The notes under the pieces are model-generated. The model saw only the letters and a program-made list of their open reading frames with translations, ran no database searches and was not told the DNA's origin. DNA of 64,000 nucleotides, taken from assembly GCA_046563655.1 (NCBI GenBank), contig CM102287.1:1-64000 (forward strand). Reading direction: 5' to 3'. This stretch comes from Yuukianura sp. NJ FZ-2021. Its lineage: Eukaryota. Below are positions 1-15,655 of the stretch, one piece after another; position 1 is the stretch's first letter, and the number at the start of each line of letters is the position of its first letter. A program made the translations under genes and the position numbers.

Positions 1-3000
1 TTAGATTTATGCACTTGTTGCATAGTGGAGTTGGGCTAAAATATAATTCCAGATTATTGTTGAACACCAGTTATTCAGGTGTGCTTTATTGGAAGTGCAA
101 GGTGGTAGTGTCACATAAAAAAGCATTTCCTAAAAATTTTAATCAAAATAACAAATAATGCGGAATGTTTCATTTTGATTTAGACAATGTAATAATGGGA
201 TTTCCCCTGAAGTTCCATTGCCGTCTGAGTCATTGTGATTCATAGTGTCAAAATGAGTACTGGTTGGTATCTGTAGTGAGGACGAGCTTGTCATTTCACC
301 GGCACTTCTCCTTTGTGCTCAAAGATGAAGGCTGACAACAAGTGGTTCACCGTGTGTAATAGTCGTTGATGCACTACGACAAAGTGGACCGGTATTAGAT
401 GCGTTCCATGAAGATGGTTAGAAGCGATAACAAGGCATAAATTCCATTTTTCAGTATGTTTAAAACTTCGTTGTATAGTTCCCACATTAGTTTATACCAA
501 AATGACAGTTAGATTTATGCACTTGTTGCATAGTGGAGTTGGGCTAAAATATAATTCCAGATTATTGTTGAACACCAGTTATTCAGGTGTGCTTTATTGG
601 AAGTGCAGGGTGGTTGTACGACATAAAAAATTATTTCCTAAAAATTCTAATCAAGATAACAAATAATGCGGAATGTTTCATTTTGATTTAGACAATGTAA
701 TAATGGGATTTCCCCTGAAGTTCCATTGCCGTCTGAGTCATTGTGATTCATAGTGTCAAAATGAGTACTGGTTGGTATCTGTAGTGAGGACGAGCTTGTC
801 ATTTCACCGGCACTTCTCCTTTGTGCTCAAAGATGAAGGCTGACAACAAGTGGTTCACCGTGTGTAATAGTCGTTGATGCACTACGACAAAGTGGACCGG
901 TATTAGATGCGTTCCATGAAGATGGTTAGAAGCGATAACAAGGCATAAATTCCATTTTTCAGTATGTTTAAAACTTCGTTGTATAGTTCCCACATTAGTT
1001 TATACCAAAATGACAGTTAGATTTATGCACTTGTTGCATAGTGGAGTTGGGCTAAAATATAATTCCAGATTATTGTTGAACACCAGTTATTCAGGTGTGC
1101 TTTATTGGAAGTGCAAGGTGGTTAGTATGACATAAAAAATTATTTCCTAAAAATTCTAATCAAGATAACAAATAATGCGGAATGTTTCATTTTGATTTAG
1201 ACAATGTAATAATGGGATTTCCCCTGAAGTTCCATTGCCGTCTGAGTCATTGTGATTCATAGTGTCAAAATGAGTACTGGTTGGTATCTGTAGTGAGGAC
1301 GAGCTTGTCATTTCACCGGCACTTCTCCTTTGTGCTCAAAGATGAAGGCTGACAACAAGTGGTTCACCGTGTGTAATAGTCGTTGATGCACTACGACAAA
1401 GTGGACCGGTATTAGATGCGTTCCATGAAGATGGTTAGAAGCGATAATCAAGGCATAAATTCCATTTTTCAGTATGTTTAAAACTTCGTTGTATAGTTCC
1501 CACATTAGTTTATACCAAAATGACAGTTAGATTTATGCACTTGTTGCATAGTGGAGTTGGGCTAAAATATAATTCCAGATTATTGTTGAACACCAGTTAT
1601 TCAGGTGTGCTTTATTGGAAGTGCAAGGTGGTAGTGTCACATAAAAAAGCATTTCCTAAAAATTTTAATCAAAATAACAAATAATGCGGAATGTTCGATT
1701 TTGATTTAGACAATGTAATAATGGGATTTCCCCTGAAGTTCCATTGCCGTCTGAGTCATTGTGATTCATAGTGTCAAAATGAGTACTGGTTGGTATCTGT
1801 AGTGAGGACGAGCTTGTCATTTCACCGGCACTTCTCCTTTGTGCTCAAAGATGAAGGCTGACAACAAGTGGTTCACCGTGTGTAATAGTCGTTGATGCAC
1901 TACGACAAAGTGGACCGGTATTAGATGCGTTCCATGAAGATGGTTAGAAGCGATAACAAGGCATAAATTCCAATTTTCAGTATGTTTAAAACTTCGTTGT
2001 ATAGTTCCCACATTAGTTTATACCAAAATGACAGTTAGATTTATGCACTTGTTGCATAGTGGAGTTGGGCTAAAATATAATTCCAGATTATTGTTGAACA
2101 CCAGTTATTCAGGTGTGCTTTATTGGAAGTGCAGGGTGGTTGTACGACATAAAAAATTATTTCCTAAAAATTCTAATCAAGATAACAAATAATGCGGAAT
2201 GTTTCATTTTGATTTAGACAATGTAATAATGGGATTTCCCCTGAAGTTCCATTGCCGTCTGAGTCATTGTGATTCATAGTGTCAAAATGAGTACTGGTTG
2301 GTATCTGTAGTGAGGACGAGCTTGTCATTTCACCGGCACTTCTCCTTTGTGCTCAAAGATGAAGGCTGACAACAAGTGGTTCACCGTGTGTAATAGTCGT
2401 TGATGCACTACGACAAAGTGGACCGGTATTAGATGCGTTCCATGAAGATGGTTAGAAGCGATAACAAGGCATAAATTCCATTTTTCAGTATGTTTAAAAC
2501 TTCGTTGTATAGTTCCCACATTAGTTTATACCAAAATGACAGTTAGATTTATGCACTTGTTGCATAGTGGAGTTGGGCTAAAATATAATTCCAGATTATT
2601 GTTGAACACCAGTTATTCAGGTGTGCTTTATTGGAAGTGCAGGGTGGTTGTACGACATAAAAAATTATTTCCTAAAAATTCTAATCAAGATAACAAATAA
2701 TGCGGAATGTTTCATTTTGATTTAGACAATGTAATAATGGGATTTCCCCTGAAGTTCCATTGCCGTCTGAGTCATTGTGATTCATAGTGTCAAAATGAGT
2801 ACTGGTTGGTATCTGTAGTGAGGACGAGCTTGTCATTTCACCGGCACTTCTCCTTTGTGCTCAAAGATGAAGGCTGACAACAAGTGGTTTACCGTGTGTA
2901 ATAGTCGTTGATGCACTACGACAAAGTGGACCGGTATTAGATGCGTTCCATGAAGATGGTTAGAAGCGATAACAAGGCATAAATTCCATTTTTCAGTATG

Positions 3001-6000
3001 TTTAAAACTTCGTTGTATAGTTCCCACATTAGTTTATACCAAAATGACAGTTAGATTTATGCACTTGTTGCATAGTGGAGTTGGGCTAAAATATAATTCC
3101 AGATTATTGTTGAACACCAGTTATTCAGGTGTGCTTTATTGGAAGTGCAAGGTGGTAGTGTCACATAAAAAAGCATTTCCTAAAAATTTTAATCAAGATA
3201 ACAAATAATGCGGAATGTTTCGATTTTGATTTAGACAATGTAATAATGGGATTTCCCCTGAAGTTCCATTGCCGTCTGAGTCATTGTGATTCATAGTGTC
3301 AAAATGAGTACTGGTTGGTATCTGTAGTGAGGACGAGCTTGTCATTTCACCGGCACTTCTCCTTTGTGCTCAAAGATGAAGGCTGACAACAAGTGGTTTA
3401 CCGTGTGTAATAGTCGTTGATGCACTACGACAAAGTGGACCGGTATTAGATGCGTTCCATGAAGATGGTTAGAAGCGATAACAAGGCATAAATTCCATTT
3501 TTCAGTATGTTTAAAACTTCGTTGTATAGTTCCCACATTAGTTTATACCAAAATGACAGTTAGATTTATGCACTTGTTGCATAGTGGAGTTGGGCTAAAA
3601 TATAATTCCAGATTATTGTTGAACACCAGTTATTCAGGTGTGCTTTATTGGAAGTGCAGGGTGGTTGTACGACATAAAAAATTATTTCCTAAAAATTCTA
3701 ATCAAGATAACAAATAATGCGGAATGTTTCATTTTGATTTAGACAATGTAATAATGGGATTTCCCCTGAAGTTCCATTGCCGTCTGAGTCATTGTGATTC
3801 ATAGTGTCAAAATGAGTACTGGTTGGTATCTGTAGTGAGGACGAGCTTGTCATTTCACCGGCACTTCTCCTTTGTGCTCAAAGATGAAGGCTGACAACAA
3901 GTGGTTTACCGTGTGTAATAGTCGTTGATGCACTACGACAAAGTGGACCGGTATTAGATGCGTTCCATGAAGATGGTTAGAAGCGATAACAAGGCATAAA
4001 TTCCATTTTTCAGTATGTTTAAAACTTCGTTGTATAGTTCCCACATTAGTTTATACCAAAATGACAGTTAGATTTATGCACTTGTTGCATAGTGGAGTTG
4101 GGCTAAAATATAATTCCAGATTATTGTTGAACACCAGTTATTCAGGTGTGCTTTATTGGAAGTGCAAGGTGGTTGTACGACATAAAAAATTATTTCCTAA
4201 AAATTCTAATCAAGATAACAAATAATGCGGAATGTTTCATTTTGATTTAGACAATGTAATAATGGGATTTCCCCTGAAGTTCCATTGCCGTCTGAGTCAT
4301 TGTGATTCATAGTGTCAAAATGAGTACTGGTTGGTATCTGTAGTGAGGACGAGCTTGTCATTTCACCGGCACTTCTCCTTTGTGCTCAAAGATGAAGGCT
4401 GACAACAAGTGGTTTACCGTGTGTAATAGTCGTTGATGCACTACGACAAAGTGGACCGGTATTAGATGCGTTCCATGAAGATGGTTAGAAGCGATAACAA
4501 GGCATAAATTCCATTTTTCAGTATGTTTAAAACTTCGTTGTATAGTTCCCACATTAGTTTATACCAAAATGACAGTTAGATTTATGCACTTGTTGCATAG
4601 TGGAGTTGGGCTAAAATATAATTCCAGATTATTGTTGAACACCAGTTATTCAGGTGTGCTTTATTGGAAGTGCAGGGTGGTTGTACGACATAAAAAATTA
4701 TTTCCTAAAAATTCTAATCAAGATAACAAATAATGCGGAATGTTTCATTTTGATTTAGACAATGTAATAATGGGATTTCCCCTGAAGTTCCATTGCCGTC
4801 TGAGTCATTGTGATTCATAGTGTCAAAATGAGTACTGGTTGGTATCTGTAGTGAGGACGAGCTTGTCATTTCACCGGCACTTCTCCTTTGTGCTCAAAGA
4901 TGAAGGCTGACAACAAGTGGTTCACCGTGTGTAATAGTCGTTGATGCACTACGACAAAGTGGACCGGTATTAGATGCGTTCCATGAAGATGGTTAGAAGC
5001 GATAACAAGGCATAAATTCCAATTTTCAGTATGTTTAAAACTTCGTTGTATAGTTCCCACATTAGTTTATACCAAAATGACAGTTAGATTTATGCACTTG
5101 TTGCATAGTGGAGTTGGGCTAAAATATAATTCCAGATTATTGTTGAACACCAGTTATTCAGGTGTGCTTTATTGGAAGTGCAGGGTGGTTGTACGACATA
5201 AAAAATTATTTCCTAAAAATTCTAATCAAGATAACAAATAATGCGGAATGTTTCATTTTGATTTAGACAATGTAATAATGGGATTTCCCCTGAAGTTCCA
5301 TTGCCGTCTGAGTCATTGTGATTCATAGTGTCAAAATGAGTACTGGTTGGTATCTGTAGTGAGGACGAGCTTGTCATTTCACCGGCACTTCTCCTTTGTG
5401 CTCAAAGATGAAGGCTGACAACAAGTGGTTCACCGTGTGTAATAGTCGTTGATGCACTACGACAAAGTGGACCGGTATTAGATGCGTTCCATGAAGATGG
5501 TTAGAAGCGATAACAAGGCATAAATTCCATTTTTCAGTATGTTTAAAACTTCGTTGTATAGTTCCCACATTAGTTTATACCAAAATGACAGTTAGATTTA
5601 TGCACTTGTTGCATAGTGGAGTTGGGCTAAAATATAATTCCAGATTATTGTTGAACACCAGTTATTCAGGTGTGCTTTATTGGAAGTGCAGGGTGGTTGT
5701 ACGACATAAAAAATTATTTCCTAAAAATTCTAATCAAGATAACAAATAATGCGGAATGTTTCATTTTGATTTAGACAATGTAATAATGGGATTTCCCCTG
5801 AAGTTCCATTGCCGTCTGAGTCATTGTGATTCATAGTGTCAAAATGAGTACTGGTTGGTATCTGTAGTGAGGACGAGCTTGTCATTTCACCGGCACTTCT
5901 CCTTTGTGCTCAAAGATGAAGGCTGACAACAAGTGGTTCACCGTGTGTAATAGTCGTTGATGCACTACGACAAAGTGGACCGGTATTAGATGCGTTCCAT

Positions 6001-9000
6001 GAAGATGGTTAGAAGCGATAACAAGGCATAAATTCCAATTTTCAGTATGTTTAAAACTTCGTTGTATAGTTCCCACATTAGTTTATACCAAAATGACAGT
6101 TAGATTTATGCACTTGTTGCATAGTGGAGTTGGGCTAAAATATAATTCCAGATTATTGTTGAACACCAGTTATTCAGGTGTGCTTTATTGGAAGTGCAGG
6201 GTGGTTGTACGACATAAAAAATTATTTCCTAAAAATTCTAATCAAGATAACAAATAATGCGGAATGTTTCATTTTGATTTAGACAATGTAATAATGGGAT
6301 TTCCCCTGAAGTTCCATTGCCGTCTGAGTCATTGTGATTCATAGTGTCAAAATGAGTACTGGTTGGTATCTGTAGTGAGGACGAGCTTGTCATTTCACCG
6401 GCACTTCTCCTTTGTGCTCAAAGATGAAGGCTGACAACAAGTGGTTTACCGTGTGTAATAGTCGTTGATGCACTACGACAAAGTGGACCGGTATTAGATG
6501 CGTTCCATGAAGATGGTTAGAAGCGATAACAAGGCATAAATTCCAATTTTCAGTATGTTTAAAACTTCGTTGTATAGTTCCCACATTAGTTTATACCAAA
6601 ATGACAGTTAGATTTATGCACTTGTTCGCATAGTGGAGTTGGGCTAAAATATAATTCCAGATTATTGTTGAACACCAGTTATTCAGGTGTGCTTTATTGG
6701 AAGTGCAGGGTGGTTGTACGACATAAAAAATTATTTCCTAAAAATTCTAATCAAGATAACAAATAATGCGGAATGTTTCATTTTGATTTAGACAATGTAA
6801 TAATGGGATTTCCCCTGAAGTTCCATTGCCGTCTGAGTCATTGTGATTCATAGTGTCAAAATGAGTACTGGTTGGTATCTGTAGTGAGGACGAGCTTGTC
6901 ATTTCACCGGCACTTCTCCTTTGTGCTCAAAGATGAAGGCTGACAACAAGTGGTTCACCGTGTGTAATAGTCGTTGATGCACTACGACAAAGTGGACCGG
7001 TATTAGATGCGTTCCATGAAGATGGTTAGAAGCGATAACAAGGCATAAATTCCATTTTTCAGTATGTTTAAAACTTCGTTGTATAGTTCCCACATTAGTT
7101 TATACCAAAATGACAGTTAGATTTATGCACTTGTTGCATAGTGGAGTTGGGCTAAAATATAATTCCAGATTATTGTTGAACACCAGTTATTCAGGTGTGC
7201 TTTATTGGAAGTGCAGGGTGGTTGTACGACATAAAAAATTATTTCCTAAAAATTCTAATCAAGATAACAAATAATGCGGAATGTTTCATTTTGATTTAGA
7301 CAATGTAATAATGGGATTTCCCCTGAAGTTCCATTGCCGTTTGAGTCATTGTGATTTATAGTGTCAAAATGAGTACTGGTTGGTATCTGTAGTGAGGACG
7401 AGCTTGTCATTTCACGGCACTTCTCCTTTGTGCTCAAAGATGAAGGCTGACAACAAGTGGTTCACCGTGTGTAATAGTCGTTGATGCACTACGACAAAGT
7501 GGACCGGTATTAGATGCGTTCCATGAAGATGGTTAGAAGCGATAACAAGGCATAAATTCCAATTTTCAGTATGTTTAAAACTTCGTTGTATAGTTCCCAC
7601 ATTAGTTTATACCAAAATGACAGTTAGATTTATGCACTTGTTGCATAGTGGAGTTGGGCTAAAATATAATTCCAGATTATTGTTGAACACCAGTTATTCA
7701 GGTGTGCTTGATTGGAAGTGCAAGGTGGTAGTGTCACATAAAAAAGCATTTCCAAAAAATTTTAATCAAAATAACAAATACTGCGGAATGTTCGATTTTG
7801 ATTTAGACAATGTAATAATGGGATTTCCCCTGAAGTTCCATTGCCGTCTGAGTCATTGTGATTCATAGTGTCAAAATGAGTACTGGTTGGTATCTGTAGT
7901 GAGGACGAGCTTGTCATTTCACCGGCACTTCTCCTTTGTGCTCAAAGATGAAGGCTGACAACAAGTGGTTCACCGTGTGTAATAGTCGTTGATGCACTAC
8001 GACAAAGTGGACCGGTATTAGATGCGTTCCATGAAGATGGTTAGAAGCGATAACAAGGCATAAATTCCATTTTTCAGTATGTTTCAAACTTCGTTGTATA
8101 GTTCCCACATTAGTTTATACCAAAATGACAGTTAGATTTATGCACTTGTTGCATAGTGGAGTTGGGCTAAAATATAATTCCAGATTATTGTTGAACACCA
8201 GTTATTCAGGTGTGCTTTATTGGAAGTGCAAGGTGGTAGTGTCACATAAAAAAGCATTTCCTAAAAATTTTAATCAAAATAACAAATAATGCGGAATGTT
8301 CGATTTTGATTTAGACAATGTAATAATGGGATTTCCCCTGAAGTTCCATTGCCGTCTGAGTCATTGTGATTCATAGTGTCAAAATGAGTACTGGTTGGTA
8401 TCTGTAGTGAGGACGAGCTTGTCATTTCACCGGCACTTCTCCTTTGTGCTCAAAGATGAAGGCTGACAACAAGTGGTTCACCGTGTGTAATAGTCGTTGA
8501 TGCACTACGACAAAGTGGACCGGTATTAGATGCGTTCCATGAAGATGGTTAGAAGGCGATAACAAGGCATAAATTCCAATTTTCAGTATGTTTAAAACTT
8601 CGTTGTATAGTTCCCACATTAGTTTATACCAAAATGACAGTTAGATTTATGCACTTGTTGCATAGTGGAGTTGGGCTAAAATATAATTCCAGATTATTGT
8701 TGAACACCAGTTATTCAGGTGTGCTTTGATTGGAAGTGCAAGGTGGTAGTGTCACATAAAAAAGCATTTCCAAAAAATTTTAATCAAAATAACAAATAAT
8801 GCGGAATGTTCGATTTTGATTTAGACAATGTAATAATGGGATTTCCCCTGAAGTTCCATTGCCGTCTGAGTCATTGTGATTCATAGTGTCAAAATGAGTA
8901 CTGGTTGGTATCTGTAGTGAGGACGAGCTTGTCATTTCACCGGCACTTCTCCTTTGTGCTCAAAGATGAAGGCTGACAACAAGTGGTTCACCGTGTGTAA

Positions 9001-12000
9001 TAGTCGTTGATGCACTACGACAAAGTGGACCGGTATTAGATGCGTTCCATGAAGATGGTTAGAAGCGATAACAAGGCATAAATTCCATTTTTCAGTATGT
9101 TTCAAACTTCGTTGTATAGTTCCCACATTAGTTTATACCAAAATGACAGTTAGATTTATGCACTTGTTGCATAGTGGAGTTGGGCTAAAATATAATTCCA
9201 GATTATTGTTGAACACCAGTTATTCAGGTGTGCTTTATTGGAAGTGCAAGGTGGTAGTGTCACATAAAAAAGCATTTCCTAAAAATTTTAATCAAAATAA
9301 CAAATAATGCGGAATGTTCGATTTTGATTTAGACAATGTAATAATGGGATTTCCCCTGAAGTTCCATTGCCGTCTGAGTCATTGTGATTCATAGTGTCAA
9401 AATGAGTACTGGTTGGTATCTGTAGTGAGGACGAGCTTGTCATTTCACCGGCACTTCTCCTTTGTGCTCAAAGATGAAGGCTGACAACAAGTGGTTCACC
9501 GTGTGTAATAGTCGTTGATGCACTACGACAAAGTGGACCGGTATTAGATGCGTTCCATGAAGATGGTTAGAAGCGATAACAAGGCATAAATTCCAATTTT
9601 CAGTATGTTTAAAACTTCGTTGTATAGTTCCCACATTAGTTTATACCAAAATGACAGTTAGATTTATGCACTTGTTGCATAGTGGAGTTGGGCTAAAATA
9701 TAATTCCAGATTATTGTTGAACACCAGTTATTCAGGTGTGCTTGATTGGAAGTGCAGGGTGGTTGTACGACATAAAAAATTATTTCCTAAAAATTCTAAT
9801 CAAGATAACAAATAATGCGGAATGTTTCATTTTGATTTAGACAATGTAATAATGGGATTTCCCCTGAAGTTCAATTGCCGTCTGAGTCATTGTGATTCAT
9901 AGTGTCAAAATGAGTACTGGTTGGTATCTGTAGTGAGGACGAGCTTGTCATTTCACCGGCACTTCTCCTTTGTGCTCAAAGATGAAGGCTGACAACAAGT
10001 GGTTCACCGTGTGTAATAGTCGTTGATGCACTACGACAAAGTGGACCGGTATTAGATGCGTTCCATGAAGATGGTTAGAAGCGATATCAAGGCATAAATT
10101 CCATTTTTCAGTATGTTTAAAACTTCGTTGTATAGTTCCCACATTAGTTTATACCAAAATGACAGTTAGATTTATGCACTTGTTGCATAGTGGAGTTGGG
10201 CTAAAATATAATTCCAGATTATTGTTGAACACCAGTTATTCAGGTGTGCTTTATTGGAAGTGCAGGGTGGTTGTACGACATAAAAAATTATTTCCTAAAA
10301 ATTCTAATCAAGATAACAAATAATGCGGAATGTTTCATTTTGATTTAGACAATGTAATAATGGGATTTCCCTGAAGTTCCATTGCCGTCTGAGTCATTGT
10401 GATTCATAGTGTCAAAATGAGTACTGGTTGGTATCTGTAGTGAGGACGAGCTTGTCATTTCACCGGCACTTCTCCTTTGTGCTCAAAGATGAAGGCTGAC
10501 AACAAGTGGTTTACCGTGTGTAATAGTCGTTGATGCACTACGACAAAGTGGACCGGTATTAGATGCGTTCCATGAAGATGGTTAGAAGCGATAACAAGGC
10601 ATAAATTCCATTTTTCAGTATGTTTAAAACTTCGTTGTATAGTTCCCACATTAGTTTATACCAAAATGACAGTTAGATTTATGCACTTGTTGCATAGTGG
10701 AGTTGGGCTAAAATATAATTCCAGATTATTGTTGAACACCAGTTATTCAGGTGTGCTTTATTGGAAGTGCAGGGTGGTTGTACGACATAAAAAATTATTT
10801 CCTAAAAATTCTAATCAAGATAACAAATAATGCGGAATGTTTCATTTTGATTTAGACAATGTAATAATGGGAGTTCCCCTGAAGTTCCATTGCCGTCTGA
10901 GTCATTGTGATTCATAGTGTCAAAATGAGTACTGGTTGGTATCTGTAGTGAGGACGAGCTTGTCATTTCACCGGCACTTCTCCTTTGTGCTCAAAGATGA
11001 AGGCTGACAACAAGTGGTTCACCGTGTGTAATAGTCGTTGATGCACTACGACAAAGTGGACCGGTATTAGATGCGTTCCATGAAGTTGGTTAGAAGCGAT
11101 AACAAGGCATAAATTCCATTTTTCAGTATGTTTCAAACTTCGTTGTATAGTTCCCACATTAGTTTATACCAAAATGACAGTTAGATTTATGCACTTGTTG
11201 CATAGTGGAGTTGGGCTAAAATATAATTCCAGATTATTGTTGAACACCAGTTATTCAGGTGTGCTTTATTGGAAGTGCAAGGTGGTAGTGTCACATAAAA
11301 AAGCATTTCCTAAAAATTTTAATCAAAATAACAAATAATGCGGAATGTTCGATTTTGATTTAGACAATGTAATAATGGGATTTCCCCTGAAGTTCCATTG
11401 CCGTCTGAGTCATTGTGATTCATAGTGTCAAAATGAGTACTGGTTGGTATCTGTAGTGAGGACGAGCTTGTCATTTCACCGGCACTTCTCCTTTGTGCTC
11501 AAAGATGAAGGCTGACAACAAGTGGTTCACCGTGTGTAATAGTCGTTGATGCACTACGACAAAGTGGACCGGTATTAGATGCGTTCCATGAAGATGGTTA
11601 GAAGCGATATCAAGGCATAAATTCCATTTTTCAGTATGTTTAAAACTTCGTTGTATAGTTCCCACATTAGTTTATACCAAAATGACAGTTAGATTTATGC
11701 ACTTGTTGCATAGTGGAGTTGGGCTAAAATATAATTCCAGATTATTGTTGAACACCAGTTATTCAGGTGTGCTTTATTGGAAGTGCAGGGTGGTTGTACG
11801 ACATAAAAAATTATTTCCTAAAAATTCTAATCAAGATAACAAATAATGCGGAATGTTTCATTTTGATTTAGACAATGTAATAATGGGATTTCCCCTGAAG
11901 TTCCATTGCCGTCTGAGTCATTGTGATTCATAGTGTCAAAATGAGTACTGGTTGGTATCTGTAGTGAGGACGAGCTTGTCATTTCACCGGCACTTCTCCT

Positions 12001-14721
12001 TTGTGCTCAAAGATGAAGGCTGACAACAAGTGGTTCACCGTGTGTAATAGTCGTTGATGCACTACGACAAAGTGGACCGGTATTAGATGCGTTCCATGAA
12101 GATGGTTAGAAGCGATAACAAGGCATAAATTCCATTTTTCAGTATGTTTCAAACTTCGTTGTATAGTTCCCACATTAGTTTATACCAAAATGACAGTTAG
12201 ATTTATGCACTTGTTGCATAGTGGAGTTGGGCTAAAATATAATTCCAGATTATTGTTGAACACCAGTTATTCAGGTGTGCTTTATTGGAAGTGCAAGGTG
12301 GTAGTGTCACATAAAAAAGCATTTCCTAAAAATTTTAATCAAAATAACAAATAATGCGGAATGTTCGATTTTGATTTAGACAATGTAATAATGGGATTTC
12401 CCCTGAAGTTCCATTGCCGTCTGAGTCATTGTGATTCATAGTGTCAAAATGAGTACTGGTTGGTATCTGTAGTGAGGACGAGCTTGTCATTTCACCGGCA
12501 CTTCTCCTTTGTGCTCAAAGATGAAGGCTGACAACAAGTGGTTCACCGTGTGTAATAGTCGTTGATGCACTACGACAAAGTGGACCGGTATTAGATGCGT
12601 TCCATGAAGATGGTTAGAAGCGATATCAAGGCATAAATTCCATTTTTCAGTATGTTTAAAACTTCGTTGTATAGTTCCCACATTAGTTTATACCAAAATG
12701 ACAGTTAGATTTATGCACTTGTTGCATAGTGGAGTTGGGCTAAAATATAATTCCAGATTATTGTTGAACACCAGTTATTCAGGTGTGCTTTATTGGAAGT
12801 GCAGGGTGGTTGTACGACATAAAAAATTATTTCCTAAAAATTCTAATCAAGATAACAAATAATGCGGAATGTTTCATTTTGATTTAGACAATGTAATAAT
12901 GGGATTTCCCCTGAAGTTCCATTGCCGTCTGAGTCATTGTGATTCATAGTGTCAAAATGAGTACTGGTTGGTATCTGTAGTGAGGACGAGCTTGTCATTT
13001 CACCGGCACTTCTCCTTTGTGCTCAAAGATGAAGGCTGACAACAAGTGGTTTACCGTGTGTAATAGTCGTTGATGCACTACGACAAAGTGGACCGGTATT
13101 AGATGCGTTCCATGAAGATGGTTAGAAGCGATAACAAGGCATAAATTCCATTTTTCAGTATGTTTAAAACTTCGTTGTATAGTTCCCACATTAGTTTATA
13201 CCAAAATGACAGTTAGATTTATGCACTTGTTGCATAGTGGAGTTGGGCTAAAATATAATTCCAGATTATTGTTGAACACCAGTTATTCAGGTGTGCTTTA
13301 TTGGAAGTGCAGGGTGGTTGTACGACATAAAAAATTATTTCCTAAAAATTCTAATCAAGATAACAAATAATGCGGAATGTTTCATTTTGATTTAGACAAT
13401 GTAATAATGGGAGTTCCCCTGAAGTTCCATTGCCGTCTGAGTCATTGTGATTCATAGTGTCAAAATGAGTACTGGTTGGTATCTGTAGTGAGGACGAGCT
13501 TGTCATTTCACCGGCACTTCTCCTTTGTGCTCAAAGATGAAGGCTGACAACAAGTGGTTCACCGTGTGTAATAGTCGTTGATGCACTACGACAAAGTGGA
13601 CCGGTATTAGATGCGTTCCATGAAGATGGTGAGAAGCGATAACAAGGCATAAATTCCATTTTTCAGTATGTTTCAAACTTCGTTGTATAGTTCCCACATT
13701 AGTTTATACCAAAATGACAGTTAGATTTATGCACTTGTTGCATAGTGGAGTTGGGCTAAAATATAATTCCAGATTATTGTTGAACACCAGTTATTCAGGT
13801 GTGCTTTATTGGAAGTGCAAGGTGGTAGTGTCACATAAAATAGCATTTCCTAAAAATTTTAATCAAAATAACAAATAATGCGGAATGTTCGATTTTGATT
13901 TAGACAATGTAATAATGGGATTTCCCCTGAAGTTCCATTGCCGTCTGAGTCATTGTGATTCATAGTGTCAAAATGAGTACTGGTTGGTATCTGTAGTGAG
14001 GACGAGCTTGTCATTTCACCGGCACTTCTCCTTTGTGCTCAAAGATGAAGGCTGACAACAAGTGGTTCACCGTGTGTAATAGTCGTTGATGCACTACGAC
14101 AAAGTGGACCGGTATTAGATGCGTTCCATGAAGATGGTTAGAAGCGATAACAAGGCATAAATTCCAATTTTCAGTATGTTTAAAACTTCGTTGTATAGTT
14201 CCCACATTAGTTTATACCAAAATGACAGTTAGATTTATGCACTTGTTGCATAGTGGAGTTGGGCTAAAATATAATTCCAGATTATTGTTGAACACCAGTT
14301 ATTCAGGTGTGCTTTATTGGAAGTGCAGGGTGGTTGTACGACATAAAAAATTATTTCCTAAAAATTCTAATCAAGATAACAAATAATGCGGAATGTTTCA
14401 TTTTGATTTAGACAATGTAATAATGGGATTTCCCCTGAAGTTCCATTGCCCTCTGAGTCATTGTGATTCATAGTGTCGAAATGAGTACTGGTTGGTATCT
14501 GTAGTGAGGACGAGCTTGTCATTTCACCGGCACTTCTCCTTTGTGCTCAAAGATGAAGGCTGACAACAAGTGGTTCACCGTGTGTAATAGTCGTTGATGC
14601 ACTACGACAAAGTGGACCGGTATTAGATGCGTTCCATGAAGATGGTTAGAAGCGATATCAAGGCATAAATTCCATTTTTCAGTATGTTTAAAACTTCGTT
14701 GTATAGTTCCCACATTAGTTT

Positions 14722-14932
14722 TGTGCCGGTAGGATGCTGGGTGACCTCTGACCTAACGGTGCTGGATGATGATGATGATGGAATGAGTGGCCGTAGAGAG
14801 ACAGACAGAGCAGATGATGATAGAAGCAGAGCTTTATTCAGACTGAGTGAATGAATGGAATGAATGTATGTGCAGTAGCCTATGCTTAGCCTATGAGGGG
14901 TGAGATGGGTGCTGTGTATGGGGTGTGCTACA
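14722..14932 (-). mobile_element. 211-bp solo-LTR-like insert (Ty3/Gypsy-type ends), copy 1
   Basis: TGT...ACA termini, 4-bp TSD GTTT (14718-21 and 14933-36), AATAAA on the minus strand. Confidence 0.75.
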
Positions 14933-15444
14933 GTTTATACCAAAATGACAGTTAGATTTATGCACTTGTTGCATAGTGGAGTTGGGCTAAAATATAATTC
15001 CAGATTATTGTTGAACACCAGTTATTCAGGTGTGCTTTATTGGAAGTGCAGGGTGGTTGTACGACATAAAAAATTATTTCCTAAAAATTCTAATCAAGAT
15101 AACAAATAATGCGGAATGTTTCATTTTGATTTAGACAATGTAATAATGGGATTTCCCCTGAAGTTCCATTGCCCTCTGAGTCATTGTGATTCATAGTGTC
15201 AAAATGAGTACTGGTTGGTATCTGTAGTGAGGACGAGCTTGTCATTTCACCGGCACTTCTCCTTTGTGCTCAAAGATGAAGGCTGACAACAAGTGGTTCA
15301 CCGTGTGTAATAGTCGTTGATGCACTACGACAAAGTGGACCGGTATTAGATGCGTTCCATGAAGATGGTTAGAAGCGATATCAAGGCATAAATTCCATTT
15401 TTCAGTATGTTTAAAACTTCGTTGTATAGTTCCCACATTAGTTT

Positions 15445-15655
15445 TGTGCCGGTAGGATGCTGGGTGACCTCTGACCTAACGGTGCTGGATGATGATGATG
15501 ATGGAATGAGTGGCCGTAGAGAGACAGACAGAGCAGATGATGATAGAAGCAGAGCTTTATTCAGACTGAGTGAATGAATGGAATGAATGTATGTGCAGTA
15601 GCCTATGCTTAGCCTATGAGGGGTGAGATGGGTGCTGTGTATGGGGTGTGCTACA
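15445..15655 (-). mobile_element. Solo-LTR-like insert, copy 2
   Basis: Same 211-bp sequence, same monomer position, GTTT TSD. Confidence 0.75.

Noticed and set aside
30..537. Hammerhead ribozyme in the satellite (known from some ~500-bp animal satellites)
   Set aside because: No CTGANGA...GAAA core found on either strand of the monomer or the insert.
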